Assembly: GCA_963765765.1 (NCBI GenBank)
Contig: CAVXYC010000020.1
Coordinates: 32,001-96,000 of the forward strand
Direction: 5' to 3'
Origin: an uncultured Chloroflexia bacterium
GTDB taxonomy: Bacteria > Chloroflexota > UBA6077 > JACCZL01
DNA: 64,000 nt
Below, piece by piece: positions 20,693 through 31,653 of the stretch. The notes under the pieces were generated by a model, which had not been told where the DNA came from, did not search any database, and saw nothing but the letters and a program-made list of their open reading frames with translations. How positions within the stretch are numbered: position 1 is the stretch's first letter; each line of letters begins with the position of its first letter. Made by a program: the position numbers and the translations under genes.

Positions 20693-21298
20693 GTGAAAAC
20701 GGTACTCGGTGTTGCTCTTGGGGTCGGATTCGGCGTCATCGGTCTCGGGCTGCTGGCATGGTTCGTCCTGCGGGACCCCATCGCGTCAATATTCGGGCCT
20801 CCGAAGACCACGACCTCCGTGAACCTCAACCAGACACAACTCGTCAAGAAATACATCTACGCCGAGAAGGACATTACGGTTCGCGTACCGGGTAAGGAGC
20901 CACGGTTGTTCGGCCTGCTCGAGGCAGAGCGGCTCTACCTGAACACTGGACGCTGCAGCGCCGGCATCGATTACAGCCATCAGAATTTTGAAGTGGTAGA
21001 GCGTCAGGAACGGTCGATCTTCATCCGCATTCCGCCGCCAGAGCTCTTTCTCTGCGCATTTATCGAGGCTGGCCAGCTATGGGACGGCAGCGGACTTGTC
21101 GTCGCCTCAACCGACCTATCAAACCGCCTGGCGTCGGTCGCCTTCGACGAGCTGCAAGCGCAAGCGCCCAAAACCGACCTCCTGGACAAAGCCCGAATCG
21201 AAGCGTTGGATCAAGCCGAGCTCGACATGTATCGACTCGGGTTTGAAAAAGTTCGAGTTGAGTTTCAACAGACCCGCGATGATGCCGTACCGCGCTGA
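20693..21298 (+). CDS. DUF4230-like membrane-anchored protein
   Basis: N-terminal TM helix, G..SAGIDY, IRIPPPE, LLDKARIEA, LGFEKVRVEF. Confidence 0.7.
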   Translation: MKTVLGVALGVGFGVIGLGLLAWFVLRDPIASIFGPPKTTTSVNLNQTQLVKKYIYAEKDITVRVPGKEPRLFGLLEAERLYLNTGRCSAGIDYSHQNFEVVERQERSIFIRIPPPELFLCAFIEAGQLWDGSGLVVASTDLSNRLASVAFDELQAQAPKTDLLDKARIEALDQAELDMYRLGFEKVRVEFQQTRDDAVPR

Positions 21299-21463
21299 AC
21301 GGTGCTGGTCAAGGTCCGCTGGAGCTCTCATGCTCACAAATCGCGTGAATCTGGTCTGAACGGCTCGACGTCTAGATGCACGTCAACAGGGTTCGGGCGC
21401 ACCACACCTGCTCGTCTAAAGCCCTGCAAGGGCGAGTCTTCGGATAGTGGCGCTCAAAGCCGA

Positions 21464-21514
21464 TGGTAGTTGCTGACAACCAAGTCTTTGAATCTCAGGT
21501 GTCAGCAACCACCA
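21464..21514. terminator. 15-bp inverted repeat between convergent genes (terminator or REP-like)
   Basis: TGGTAGTTGCTGACA and TGTCAGCAACCACCA, one mismatch. Confidence 0.5.
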
Positions 21515-21523
21515 CGTGATCGG

Positions 21524-22372
21524 CTATGCCGCACCCATCCTCAGTCCCTCAATAGTGTGGGCCTGGACGATTGGCTCGAGCTGGTCGACGATCCGTCCGG
21601 CGAGGTGCCGGCGTCCCTCCTCGGGCACCGTTTCAGCAAAGTCCCGAGTCAGCTGCAGATCATGTCGTTCGGCATTGCGAGCATCCGGTGCGTCCACACC
21701 GAGCACCAGCACTGGGCGCGATTGGTCGGAGCGGTTCGGCGTGCCCCGATGGATGGTAAGTGCTGATCGTGCCGAAATATCCCCCATCTGAGGCATCTTC
21801 CGCTGGACTCGCTCCTCATAGCGACCGAACAGTGACTCGGGCGGGAACATGCCGTCCGCGAATTCGGAGGGGTCGTCCCACTGCGTCCCGGGCGCAATTT
21901 CCAGCGGACCCATCGCCTCCGTCACGTCGACGGCGGTGATATTGAAGGCCAATGAGTTCAACCGGCGACCGACAAGTGTCGCCTCGGGAGCGGGAAAGTC
22001 GCGGTGCCACGGCTGGAAGGCGGCACCCGGCAAGGGCACGTCATAACCAATCTCAACGATTCGATAGTCAGGCCCCAGGATCGCCTCGCAAACGGTAGTG
22101 ACCCACGGATGGGTAACGAGGTCTACAAAGCCGCGGATGTCCTCCGGGTGGATCTCTGAGTAGTAGCGTTGCGGACCCCGGCCGACTGTGCCGCCAGGGC
22201 GCTGCACGGCCTGTGCAAAATGGCGCTCAATGTCCTCGCGAAGCGCGTGAACCCACTCCCGTCTAAAAGCGCCCGTGCAGCTAATGATGCCGTCCCCGTA
22301 AAGGCCGCTCATCACACGGGCGATGTCAAATTGCGCTGCCTGCTGCCGCTGCGGCGAAGCGACCGTGCGCAT
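21524..22372 (-). CDS. Phytanoyl-CoA dioxygenase (PhyH) family Fe(II)/2OG dioxygenase
   Basis: QPWHRD, GPLEIAPGT, TIHRGTPN; AGGAG RBS before ATG 22372. Confidence 0.88.
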   Translation of the reverse strand: MRTVASPQRQQAAQFDIARVMSGLYGDGIISCTGAFRREWVHALREDIERHFAQAVQRPGGTVGRGPQRYYSEIHPEDIRGFVDLVTHPWVTTVCEAILGPDYRIVEIGYDVPLPGAAFQPWHRDFPAPEATLVGRRLNSLAFNITAVDVTEAMGPLEIAPGTQWDDPSEFADGMFPPESLFGRYEERVQRKMPQMGDISARSALTIHRGTPNRSDQSRPVLVLGVDAPDARNAERHDLQLTRDFAETVPEEGRRHLAGRIVDQLEPIVQAHTIEGLRMGAA

Positions 22373-22841
22373 GGTATGTCTCCTGGTGTCTCGTTGTCCG
22401 CTGTACACGATCGGGAGACCATCGACGGGGCACACCGACTCCCGTTTAGGGAGCGCCACCGAACATTGATCGCTCCCGGCCGCACATCGTGGAGAGTACA
22501 CGTGCCCTGGCATCACGGACAAGAGTGCGTTGGCCCTAGCTGGTGGCCGCCAGACATGGATCCAACTGTGTTGGATCGACGGCATGTGATCGAACCGAAA
22601 ATAACCAACGTGAATCACGAAAGCTTGAAGCCATGGTAGCGACGACTAATTCTGCGCCCTGAAAATGCCAGAAGCGCCCGAATGGTGACCCCGATGCCTG
22701 TATGGCGCTGGGTTACGCGGTAGCGAGCGCGGCAAGGCAATGCCGATGTGACCGGGATGTCAATGCGCCACAGACATTCGCAGCCACTTCTCCACCGCGC
22801 TCAAACATGTTACCGTGCGCCTGGCGGGAGGACCATCCAGC

Positions 22842-23765
22842 ATGCGTGTGGCCGTTCCAGATTTGATCTCGAATTCTTACTTTCCCGCGGTGGCGGCGGT
22901 TGAGCTGGGATTCTTCCGGGATGAGGGCCTGGACGCGGGGCTCGAGCTGCTGTTCCCGGTCACCAGTACCATGCAGGCACTGCGGAATGGCGAGCTTGCA
23001 TTCGTTGCCGGTGCCGCGCACGCCACGTTGGCGGCCTTTCCCGAATGGCAGGGGGCAAAGCTTCTGGTGGCTCTGGCGCAGAACATGTACTGGATGCTGG
23101 TCCTCCGATCTGACCTGCAGGCATCTCGGGGCGACATCAACGCGGTGAAGGGACTGCGAATCGGCGCCGCGCCCGGGCCCGACGCCGGCTTGCGCCGGAT
23201 GCTAATCGAGGCGGGTATCGATTCCGAGCGTGACCAGGTGGAGGTCGGCCCGATCCCTGGAACCAGCGAGCCGGGCGTGTCGTTTGGGGTGACAGCTGCC
23301 AGGGCGCTCGAAGAAGGACGGCTGGACGGCTTCTGGGCCAACGCCATGGGTGCTGAAGTGGCGGTCCGCCGCGGAATCGGGACGATCGTGCTGGACGTTC
23401 GACGCGGCGATGGCCCTCCGGCCGCTCAGCGATACACCTTCCCGGCGCTGGTCACCACGGACGAGCGGATTCAGAAAGAGCCAGAGAGCGTGGCCGCGGC
23501 GATTCGAGCGATCCGTCGGGCTCAGAAGGTCCTGCGCGAGGATCCCTCACGGGCCACCGCGGTTGGTGAGCGGCTATTTCCCGCCACCGAGGCGAGACTC
23601 ATCGCTCAGCTCATCGAACGAGATCTGCCGTACTACGAGCCAGAGATCTCGGAAGACACGGTGACGAGCTTGAACCAATTTGCTCAGGACGCCGGTTTCC
23701 TCAGGGCACCTGTGCCCTACGATCGGGTGGTCGCCACTCAATTTAGCCACTTATGGAGAGAGTAG
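22842..23765 (+). CDS. NMT1/SsuA-like substrate-binding protein
   Basis: YFPAVAAVELGFF..EGL, KGLRIG; GGAGG RBS. Confidence 0.8.
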   Translation: MRVAVPDLISNSYFPAVAAVELGFFRDEGLDAGLELLFPVTSTMQALRNGELAFVAGAAHATLAAFPEWQGAKLLVALAQNMYWMLVLRSDLQASRGDINAVKGLRIGAAPGPDAGLRRMLIEAGIDSERDQVEVGPIPGTSEPGVSFGVTAARALEEGRLDGFWANAMGAEVAVRRGIGTIVLDVRRGDGPPAAQRYTFPALVTTDERIQKEPESVAAAIRAIRRAQKVLREDPSRATAVGERLFPATEARLIAQLIERDLPYYEPEISEDTVTSLNQFAQDAGFLRAPVPYDRVVATQFSHLWRE

Positions 23766-23797
23766 CCTGCTCCCTCAAGCGAAACGGAGTAAATCGC

Positions 23798-24163
23798 ATG
23801 CCCAAGCCTGAACGGGAGTTCTTCCCGGTGACTGATGTTGAGTGGACCCCGGCGCTGGGCGGCGTCGTACCCGGGCTGTACGAGCGAATCCTTGCGGCAG
23901 ACTCAAGCACGGGTGTTGCGACTCGGATCCTGCGCTTCGATCCAGGCACCGATACAAGTGCTGCCGGCGTTCAGATCCACACCTTCTGGGAAGAGGTCTA
24001 CGTGCTCGAAGGCTCGCTCCACGATCTGACCCTGAAGGAGACATTTCCGAAAGGCACCTACGCCTGCCGACCACCGGGTATGCCGCACGGTCCGTGGGTG
24101 GCGCCTGAAGGATGCTTCACGTTCGAGGTCCGCTATGTGACGTATGGTTCGGATCGACCTTGA
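23798..24163 (+). CDS. Cupin domain protein (ChrR-like)
   Basis: HTFWEEVYVLEG, YACRPPGMPHGP. Confidence 0.88.
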   Translation: MPKPEREFFPVTDVEWTPALGGVVPGLYERILAADSSTGVATRILRFDPGTDTSAAGVQIHTFWEEVYVLEGSLHDLTLKETFPKGTYACRPPGMPHGPWVAPEGCFTFEVRYVTYGSDRP

Positions 24164-24581
24164 AGATCACCTCGCCGAAAATGTGGTGGCCGCGGTAGGG
24201 GCAGCCGGGGGCGGTAGCATGCGGTCGTCGGATACCGGTCGGGCCGCCCTGGTCGTCGGTGGCACACTGCCCACCCAGGCGGCATGAACTACGCGCGGCG
24301 ATTCGAGGCTGAACTGCGCGATCCTGTGCTGGGCCGCGTTATCACACATCGCCTACAAGATCGCGATGCCGTCGACCCCAGCCAACCCTCGTCCGGAGAT
24401 TTAGACGCTGCTGCCCCTCACGATCGGCATCGTTGTCATCTGAATGCAGTGAAGGATTTTTCGAGCAGTCTCTCCGTCCGAGGCCGGGGATCCGCTGGGC
24501 AAGAACCCTCATTGTGTTCGAGATGACACGGAGACGGGGTCGTTCAACTGGCCGGTAGCACAACGCCTGACAGCTGCCTTA

Positions 24582-25784
24582 CTAGCGAGCCTCGTGGTGA
24601 GCCAACGCCGCTGGATCCTGCCCCCAGCCCGCGCCGCCCGCGCCCCAGCCCGAGGTCGGATCGATCGCTTGCGCATACGCGTCGGGGTCGCGGAAGAGGT
24701 CGCTCTGCCAGATGCGCATGGCCTGCGCGTGATTCGAGGCGACGGCAGTGACCGCCGCGGGTCGTCGCTCGGCATCATACGCTTCGAGGGCCGCATCGAT
24801 GTCTTCGTCCGAGCCATCATTGAGCAGCACCGGGGCGATCTGCTCCGTCAGTCTTGCCGCGGCGGTAATGGCCAGGCTCATGCCGGTGGCACCGGCCGGG
24901 TGTGTGGCGTGAGCGGCGTCGCCGACGATCGCCGCGCCGGGGGCCCAGAACCGATCGGCAACGTGACGCGATAGGCGGTACATGTGCGCGTCAGCCTTGG
25001 AGAACTGAAGTGCTTCTAGCATTGGAAACCGACGCATCACATGGTCGCGCAATGCTGGGTCCGGTTGCCTGAGCAAATCTCCGCGCTGGCCGAGTCGGAA
25101 CACTAAGAGAATTCGGAACGCCTGCCGTGGCCGTGAGGTGACGGCGAGTGCGCCGAAATCGTCCAGGTACCAGTGCAGCGCGGCCGGCAGCTCAGTGGGC
25201 CCGTGGCCGCCGATGATCACCTGCTCGTGATCGTACGGCTCCGGATCCACCACAATGCCGGCCTGTCGCCGGACGAGTGACTGCGAACCGTCACAGCCAA
25301 CCACGACCCGAGACGTCAGCACGATCTCGTCGCGAGTGTCTTGTGGTCGGAATCGAACTCCGACGATGCGGCCATCCTCGCACCGCTCCAGGCCAGTCAC
25401 GGTCCCCGGCTCGGCACGCACACTCGGCCAACGCGATGCGCACTCGTGCAGAATCGCCTCGATCCTATCGTGCGGTACGGAGATCGTTCTGCCGGCCGGG
25501 CCTTCGCCGGCGGCCGTGAGCGGAAAGCGCGCGATCAATCCGCGTGCGGCATGACTGACACCTAGCTCAGTGATCGGCAGCGCCCCGTCGGCGTGAAGGG
25601 CTGCCAGCACGCCCCATTGGTCCAGCATGCGAAGCGTGGGTGGGTGAAGATTGTCGCCGCGAGTGCTGTTGACCTCGCGGGTGACTTTTTCCAGCAAAAG
25701 CGTGGGTACGCCGGCGCTGCCCAGTGCATTCGCCAGCGCCCCGCCGGCAACGGCTCCTCCGACGACGATGACGTCAGCGTCCAT
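24582..25784 (-). CDS. FAD-dependent monooxygenase (UbiH-like)
   Basis: VVGGAVAG, GCDGSQSLVR, VGDAAHATHPAGATGMS. Confidence 0.9.
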   Translation of the reverse strand: MDADVIVVGGAVAGGALANALGSAGVPTLLLEKVTREVNSTRGDNLHPPTLRMLDQWGVLAALHADGALPITELGVSHAARGLIARFPLTAAGEGPAGRTISVPHDRIEAILHECASRWPSVRAEPGTVTGLERCEDGRIVGVRFRPQDTRDEIVLTSRVVVGCDGSQSLVRRQAGIVVDPEPYDHEQVIIGGHGPTELPAALHWYLDDFGALAVTSRPRQAFRILLVFRLGQRGDLLRQPDPALRDHVMRRFPMLEALQFSKADAHMYRLSRHVADRFWAPGAAIVGDAAHATHPAGATGMSLAITAAARLTEQIAPVLLNDGSDEDIDAALEAYDAERRPAAVTAVASNHAQAMRIWQSDLFRDPDAYAQAIDPTSGWGAGGAGWGQDPAALAHHEAR

Positions 25785-25898
25785 GGGCTCCTCCGTTGCG
25801 TGCTCAGCTTAAAATGGGAATCACTATGTCAGGCGGCATGGTATCGCAATTATGGCTACGCAGTGTTGGTGCCGATAAAGCCACCATGAGCGGCGATG

Positions 25899-26429
25899 CT
25901 AGCGCGGCTCGGTGTCTCTGTCCAGTGTGTTGACAAGCACGTGGTAGGAGACAGTGTCCCAGGCATTGTGAATGCCGATAAAGAGCAACAGTAGCGTCGC
26001 GGTTGCAACGCCAAACAGGGCCTCGAGCGTACGGAATAGAGCCGCGAGTGCCGACACCGCGAGGATTGCGCAGCCGCCAGAGGCAGCAGAACATGACACG
26101 ACCAGTCCTCGAAATCGGGCTGATATATTGTTTGGCGTCGCATGCGGCGTGCAGCGAGCCCGGCGTACACCCCTCCACTGATGCCGATAAAGCCCCAGAG
26201 CATAGCAATGGGAATAATTGTTGGCCAGGGAGCGCGAAGAATCGCTGACAGCAGCAAGGCCGCGGCGAATGGACAATCGTCGGCGATAAAGGCGGCGCCG
26301 GCGGGCCACCGCGCGTAGGAGCGGCCTCTCAGCGATGAGCGTCGTCACGGCGAACTGCAGGCCGATCAGGGTGCCCGCGGTCGATCCGACGATGACGTAG
26401 AAGCTCTCCCATTCGGCAAACTCTGCCAT
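25899..26429 (-). CDS. Conserved hypothetical membrane protein (frameshifted)
   Basis: WESFYVIVGSTAGTLIGLQF ... LFIGIHNAWDTV; the middle part is in another frame. Confidence 0.6.
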   Translation of the reverse strand: MAEFAEWESFYVIVGSTAGTLIGLQFAVTTLIAERPLLRAVARRRRLYRRRLSIRRGLAAVSDSSRSLANNYSHCYALGLYRHQWRGVRRARCTPHATPNNISARFRGLVVSCSAASGGCAILAVSALAALFRTLEALFGVATATLLLLFIGIHNAWDTVSYHVLVNTLDRDTEPR

Positions 26430-26699
26430 GCGATCACCTGCGTCACCTCTGAGCCTCGCGAACCCCCTGAGTCTGAGCCATGCCTCAGATGCAAGCGGCA
26501 TTTGGGAACCAGCGTACTATTTCCTATGGCATGAGAACGGGCACAGGAGCTGCCGGATGTCGCTACGAATTACAACCGGGCGTTCCAGATTATGTCGATG
26601 CGGTCGACGGCCGCTAGCTTCGCTTGACTGGCACTTGTACACTGCAAAATAGGTCATTTGGCCGATGTGCGGATTGGCCTGCACTTCTATCATGCCCGC

Positions 26700-26927
26700 A
26701 TGACGGTCGATGAGGAGCGTAGCCAACTGTCTTGCCGCGAGCACGACGTCGCGGCGCTCGTCGCCCGCGGCCTCACCAACGCGGAGATAGGTGAATGGCT
26801 TGCGGTGGACCGAGAAATCGTTGCGAACGATGTCGAGCGAATCCTGACAACGCGGGGCTTCAATCGCCGAACGCAGATCGCCGTCTGGGTCCTGGAGAAT
26901 GGTCTTCTGCCCCCCGAGCCCGCCTAG
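26700..26927 (+). CDS. Stand-alone LuxR-family HTH protein
   Basis: LSCREHDVAALVARGLTNAEIG...RRTQIAVW. Confidence 0.75.
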   Translation: MTVDEERSQLSCREHDVAALVARGLTNAEIGEWLAVDREIVANDVERILTTRGFNRRTQIAVWVLENGLLPPEPA

Positions 26928-27419
26928 GCAGCACCGTTGTGCACCGTACGGTGACGCTCGAACAGCCGATCCTGCCCTTCAGGCCTCGTCGGCGGAGTAC
27001 GCGCTCGGGTCCAGCAACCGCTTGATGTCGAGTGTGATCGCGTGCCGGCGCTTGGCACGCACCGCGTCGTCCAACGAATCCCACGCCGACCACACAGATC
27101 ATCGAGGTCCGCGCGGGTTAGGCGGGCAAACAGCGATGGTGCCAGTGGCGGCAAGCCCGGTGCCTCGAGATCATCAGAAGGCACTACTATTGAGAGCGCG
27201 GCGCTGCAGCTGGGCAAGCGCAAATGGCCTGCTCGATTGCATCCGCAACCACGATCGAAGTCGAAGATGCGCGCCCTTTGGGTGCAGTGTAAGCCAGGTG
27301 CCCGTGTGCGGAACGCATGGAGGCGCGAGCGTTCGGCCTAATTCCTCAGCTCTTACGCCGCCTCAACCTCTTCGAAACTGTCCATATAACAGCATCTGGA
27401 TTGCGGGCACCTTGACTCG

Positions 27420-28256
27420 TTAGCGGTGCTCCTTATCGGCTCCGCTCGCTTCGATATGGTAAGCCAAGCGCGCTTCTCTGCTTACCCGGCGCAACGTCAT
27501 CGAATGGCGGAAACGGTTCGCCGGGTGTGTGTTCAAAGCCACCAAAGCAGTCTTGCCGGAGCCCAACTGATAGGTGCGCTGCACCTCCACCGCGACTGAG
27601 CCAGCCAGAATCTCCAGCTTCGCCGCGATCGCACTTGCAACGGTGCATGCTGTGATCTCCTGGTGTACCTCGCTGACCCGCTCACCGAAGAGGTCCTCGA
27701 TCAACTGGAATATAGGGCCACGATTCCCTCGCAGCAATCGACCAACCGCTGCGAATTCGGCATTGATGAAGATCTCTGTCCAGCAATACGGCGACTCACT
27801 CTGGCGGACGGTACGCCGACCGCATACCTTGAGCCAGCGATCGCCCACGGCGCCCCCGATACGCTCCACAAGCAGAGCATCCGCCGTAACGGTAGCCGTC
27901 GTCTCGATATCGAACCGCATGTCTTTCACGAAGGTGCTTAAATCAGTGATGGACGTGACTTCGTGGACATACGAGTGGGATGTGCTGTCCGGGATAACCG
28001 TCGTCCCGGAGCCCTGGCGTGACACCACCAGGCCGCTCTGCCGCAGCTGGCGCAGAGCTTCTCGCACGGTGTAGCGACTCACAGAGAACCGCTGGCACAG
28101 CTCCCCCTCAGTGGGCAGGGTCGATCCGATGGCGTAGGTCCCGCTGACGATCTCGTCTTTCAGGACATTAGCCACCTGCAGGTAGAGCGCCTCGCCCGGT
28201 GCGCTCTCGAAGCGGTCGGGCGAAGTCACCGTTCTCTTCCTCTTAATCAAAATCAT
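27420..28256 (-). CDS. GntR/HutC-family regulator with UTRA domain
   Basis: LPTEGELCQRFSVSRYTVREAL, QGSGT; C-terminal UTRA domain. Confidence 0.9.
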   Translation of the reverse strand: MILIKRKRTVTSPDRFESAPGEALYLQVANVLKDEIVSGTYAIGSTLPTEGELCQRFSVSRYTVREALRQLRQSGLVVSRQGSGTTVIPDSTSHSYVHEVTSITDLSTFVKDMRFDIETTATVTADALLVERIGGAVGDRWLKVCGRRTVRQSESPYCWTEIFINAEFAAVGRLLRGNRGPIFQLIEDLFGERVSEVHQEITACTVASAIAAKLEILAGSVAVEVQRTYQLGSGKTALVALNTHPANRFRHSMTLRRVSREARLAYHIEASGADKEHR

Positions 28257-28717
28257 GATGCGGCATCCGTGGGATAGCCCCTCGAATGATCATGACTTCA
28301 CAATGGAGAAGACAAGCTTCATGCATGGATCAGCAACGGCCGATGTCCGCGCGCCACGGCAGAAGGTCGGGCGCCACCGGACGCCGCTCCTCGGCGCACT
28401 TGGGCTCGTAAAAGGCAAAGACCGTCCGGTCATCGTTCTCATAGTCCATCTGCAGGCCACCTTCTTCACGCTCTTGTCCTTATTCTCGCAGGTGTGCTGC
28501 CCGGTGCTGGAGAGATAGTAGGCGCTGTTATTGGGCTACTGAGACCAACTTTTCCGTCATATGCGTCGATCCAAGAACGTGATGGTGCGGTCAGACAGCG
28601 ATGACGGTAGCTGCGACGGCATCCTGCAACCTCGGCCCGAAGCTTTCGTTGCTCGTCGTGCGGGGCATCGGCGCAGCGTGAATGTCGTTGACGTCAGGAG
28701 GATAAATCAACTAGGCT

Positions 28718-28809
28718 CATGATCCGGACAAGTCCGTATCCATTGACTTAGCGAATTGGATGCACGGATACCTCGTGCATAACAACTACTCCGATTTATC
28801 CGGACAAGT
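28718..28809. promoter_or_regulatory. Two copies of ATCCGGACAAGT (imperfect palindrome), candidate GntR operators
   Basis: Copies at 28722-28733 and 28798-28809 flank an ATGCACG-N7-CGTGCAT inverted repeat. Confidence 0.4.
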
Positions 28810-28908
28810 TTGAGGATTCCGCTTAGTGCGCTGTACATGCGCCCACGCCCGATTGCACCCGAAGAAAGAGGCCGAGATGCTGTCGATCACCGGCATGCGG
28901 AGTTGGCG

Positions 28909-29196
28909 ATGGATTGGCCCGAACTAGACGCGCACGGCGCGGAGTTGAATGCCAGACTGCAACGCGGCGCGTTTCACGGACTACCGCCGGTGACGCTCGA
29001 GGGCGGACATGTGATAGAAGCGGAGCTCATGGCGCGGATTGTGCTCGCCGATATCGAGCATATCCGCGAGTGGGACCATACTTATCCGATGAATCCGACC
29101 AGTGAGAGGCGGCTCCAGGCAGTTGGATCGGAAGCCCAGCGGTTACTCCGGCCAGACTCGGTCCGGCGCGACGGTGCCGCGGATCAATCTCGGTAA
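28909..29196 (+). CDS. Hypothetical protein
   Basis: GGAG before ATG; protein-like composition. Confidence 0.45.
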   Translation: MDWPELDAHGAELNARLQRGAFHGLPPVTLEGGHVIEAELMARIVLADIEHIREWDHTYPMNPTSERRLQAVGSEAQRLLRPDSVRRDGAADQSR

Positions 29197-29300
29197 ACTC
29201 TTGCAGGCATAAACCTGCCGTTTGAAATTCTCGCCCTGCTCGGAATTCTCGGCCGCTTGCCTGGTCTCTCGATTTGCTCGGTCATCCACGAGCTGCCCGA

Positions 29301-29543
29301 CTATGCCTGGGTCGGACCACCTGGCTCGGGCCGCGGACTGTCATATTCGACCTCATAAGCGTCCGGATAATGCTCTACACTCCGCACCAATTCAGTGAGC
29401 GCGGTCGTTGCGAGCTCCATCTGCTCGAGTACCCGAATGGAAATGGGCGAAAGCTCGGGCATTTCCCGAAGGAACTGAAGCCCGACCCGAATGGCCGTGA
29501 CGTGTCCAAGGACTCTGTGGGTGATGTCGGCATTCAAAGGCAC
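29301..29543 (-). CDS. Small protein resembling an isolated HisKA (DHp) helical hairpin
   Basis: ITHRVLGHVTAIRVGLQFL...LEQMELATTALTELV. Confidence 0.45.
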   Translation of the reverse strand: MPLNADITHRVLGHVTAIRVGLQFLREMPELSPISIRVLEQMELATTALTELVRSVEHYPDAYEVEYDSPRPEPGGPTQA

Positions 29544-29781
29544 GCTGCATAACCTCGGCCGCCCGTGGTCTTACACCCCAATTCGGGCAAGTAGGGCGTT
29601 GAGTGAACAGGGTGCAGCAATCATGCCGCAGGTGTACAGGATGATGCGGCGCCATGCCGCTTGTGTGGCTTCAGTAGCTCCCACGGGACGCTGGGCATCT
29701 CTTGATCGCTTACCCGCTTCTCGGACCCGCCGTGCGCTTGTCACGATCAGGGCGAGCGGTCATGCAGCGTGCCCACCCGAC

Positions 29782-30407
29782 TCACGGCATAACGGGTGCC
29801 GCGAGCCGGGTGGGCGTCACGCCGCTGAGGATAAGCTCCACCGCGACGGCGGCGATCCGGAAGCCGAACAACTTCTCGGTGACCAGCATGCGCTCTTCGT
29901 TGAGCGTGGGGCCCAGCCGATTGGCCCAGTGGAAGACCGCCCAGTCGAGGGCGAGAACGGCCCCGAGGCTAACGATCGCCCCCGCCAGGTCTCTCAGCGT
30001 CTGGGCCTCGGCTTATAGCGTCACCAGCCCGACGAAGCCGACCGGATTGAGCAGCTACGGTACGGCCAGTGGGACCTGCGCGAGCTGCATTGGGTCCTTT
30101 CATCGACGAGCATTCGGATGGACTCGGCATCCTCGAGCACCATGCGAATCGGAAGGACAAGCAGGATGACGCCACCCACGATAGACGGCGCCGCCACCGT
30201 AAAGTGGAATATGATGCGCAACAGCTCGCCCAGCAGGATCAGTGTGAGAGCCGCCGTAGCCGCCGTTGTGAGCATCTTCCACTGCACCCGTCTCCTGGTT
30301 GCCGCGTCGAGTGAAGCCGTGAGTTGCAGAAGCCGGACAAGCGCGATCTTTGGCCCGATACCGATGAGAAGGACGAGAAAGGTTTCGAGAAATCTGGTGC
30401 GGGCCAC
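29782..30407 (-). CDS. MarC family membrane protein (frameshifted or decayed)
   Basis: LLIGIGPKIAL, IVGGVILL, PLAVPxLLNPVG, TEKLFGF. Confidence 0.7.
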
Positions 30408-30524
30408 GACATCGATTCCATTCGCTACAGGTCAGGAGAGTCGTGAACTGAGCGTCTCGAGCGGCTGACGCCGACTGTCGAGTGTCGGGGGCACCTCGCG
30501 GTATTGATCAGTTCCGGTCCGAGA

Positions 30525-30980
30525 TCACAGATCCAGGATCACGTGCTTCCCGTAGTGATGCATTTCCCACGCGCCATGTTCGGCCAATACCGCTCGAACA
30601 CGGTCGACGTGGTCTTGATTTGGGGCGTGGACGGCAATGATGACGTGCATCTGGTCCGCTTCCTCCACGTATCGCGTAACCAGGAGGCTTTCGTCGGTTT
30701 CCAACATATGCGTGAGGCGCGCGATCCTGCCACGGCGCTGTACGGTGGAGCGCGCGGCCTGGGCGAACCAGGCTCCGTCCGCCAGGTCCACGTCGCCGTC
30801 CGACACGCCAGCGTCCCTCAGTGCCTGAATGGCGCGCTCGGCGGTGGACCGGTCGTCGATTACGGCCACGATGTCCTCCAGTGGGTAGAACCGGTCCATC
30901 ATGGTCGGAACTGATTGCCAGGCCCGCGAGGGGTCCTCGTCGACGGGCCATCGATGCTCCGCGTGGGAGTGCTCGGTCAT
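30525..30980 (-). CDS. Hypothetical general-stress-type protein
   Basis: GGAGGT RBS; AERAIQALRDAG ... VRAVLAEHGA. Confidence 0.65.
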   Translation of the reverse strand: MTEHSHAEHRWPVDEDPSRAWQSVPTMMDRFYPLEDIVAVIDDRSTAERAIQALRDAGVSDGDVDLADGAWFAQAARSTVQRRGRIARLTHMLETDESLLVTRYVEEADQMHVIIAVHAPNQDHVDRVRAVLAEHGAWEMHHYGKHVILDL

Positions 30981-31314
30981 GGCGTACCTCCTGGCGACGG
31001 GCGTCCGCGCCCGGCGGACGGCGTCACCGCCCGCGGCAGCGGATCTCCCTATCACCAACCAGCATAGGCAAGGTGCCGTCGGCAGCAGAGGCCGGTTGAC
31101 ACTACGCGGGGCGGACACTCGGCACGGTTCTACGGTGCCGCGCCGCTGAGCAAGCTGCCTCGGCGCGGGCTACTTGCGCTCTCGCGAAAGACGATCTACT
31201 CATAATCGAGCAGATTCGGGAGCCATGGAATTGAGATCTCCGAGCTGCCCAGAGCAAGTGTGACCACAATGAGATTCGGCGCTGCTGTTTCTTCCGTGGC
31301 AAGTCGATCTACCC

Positions 31315-31653
31315 TTGTTCATGCTTCTGTTTCCCTCCATGTCGGCCGCGAACCGCGATCGCAAATGGCGGATGGTGCTTCATGCGGCGGTACTGGGATC
31401 CATCGCTCTGCTCTCTCTGGTGCACCTGTCGCACGCTCAAACCAAGGGCAATGACTCGGCCACATTTGTGAACGTTGTTGGCGCAGCCACCCTCGATGTC
31501 GAGACGTTCGACGGTCAACTGGAGCGAGTCCGGTTGACAGGGATCGGCGGTCCAAGCATGGCCGACGTCGGTCGGAGTCAGGTCCGCTTTGCCGAATATC
31601 GTCCCAGCGATGTTTTGCGGACACCAGAAGAAAGTATGGCAATGTGGGGCTGA
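31315..31653 (+). pseudogene. Thermonuclease (SNase)-like fragment
   Basis: Signal peptide plus VNVVGAATLDV...ERVRLTGIGGP (cf. VIDGDT...VRLIGIDAP); truncated. Confidence 0.45.

Noticed and set aside
24536-24570. IS end or tRNA-like fragment (GGGGTCGTTCAACTGGCCGGTAGCACAAC)
   Set aside because: No partner repeat, transposase or cloverleaf.
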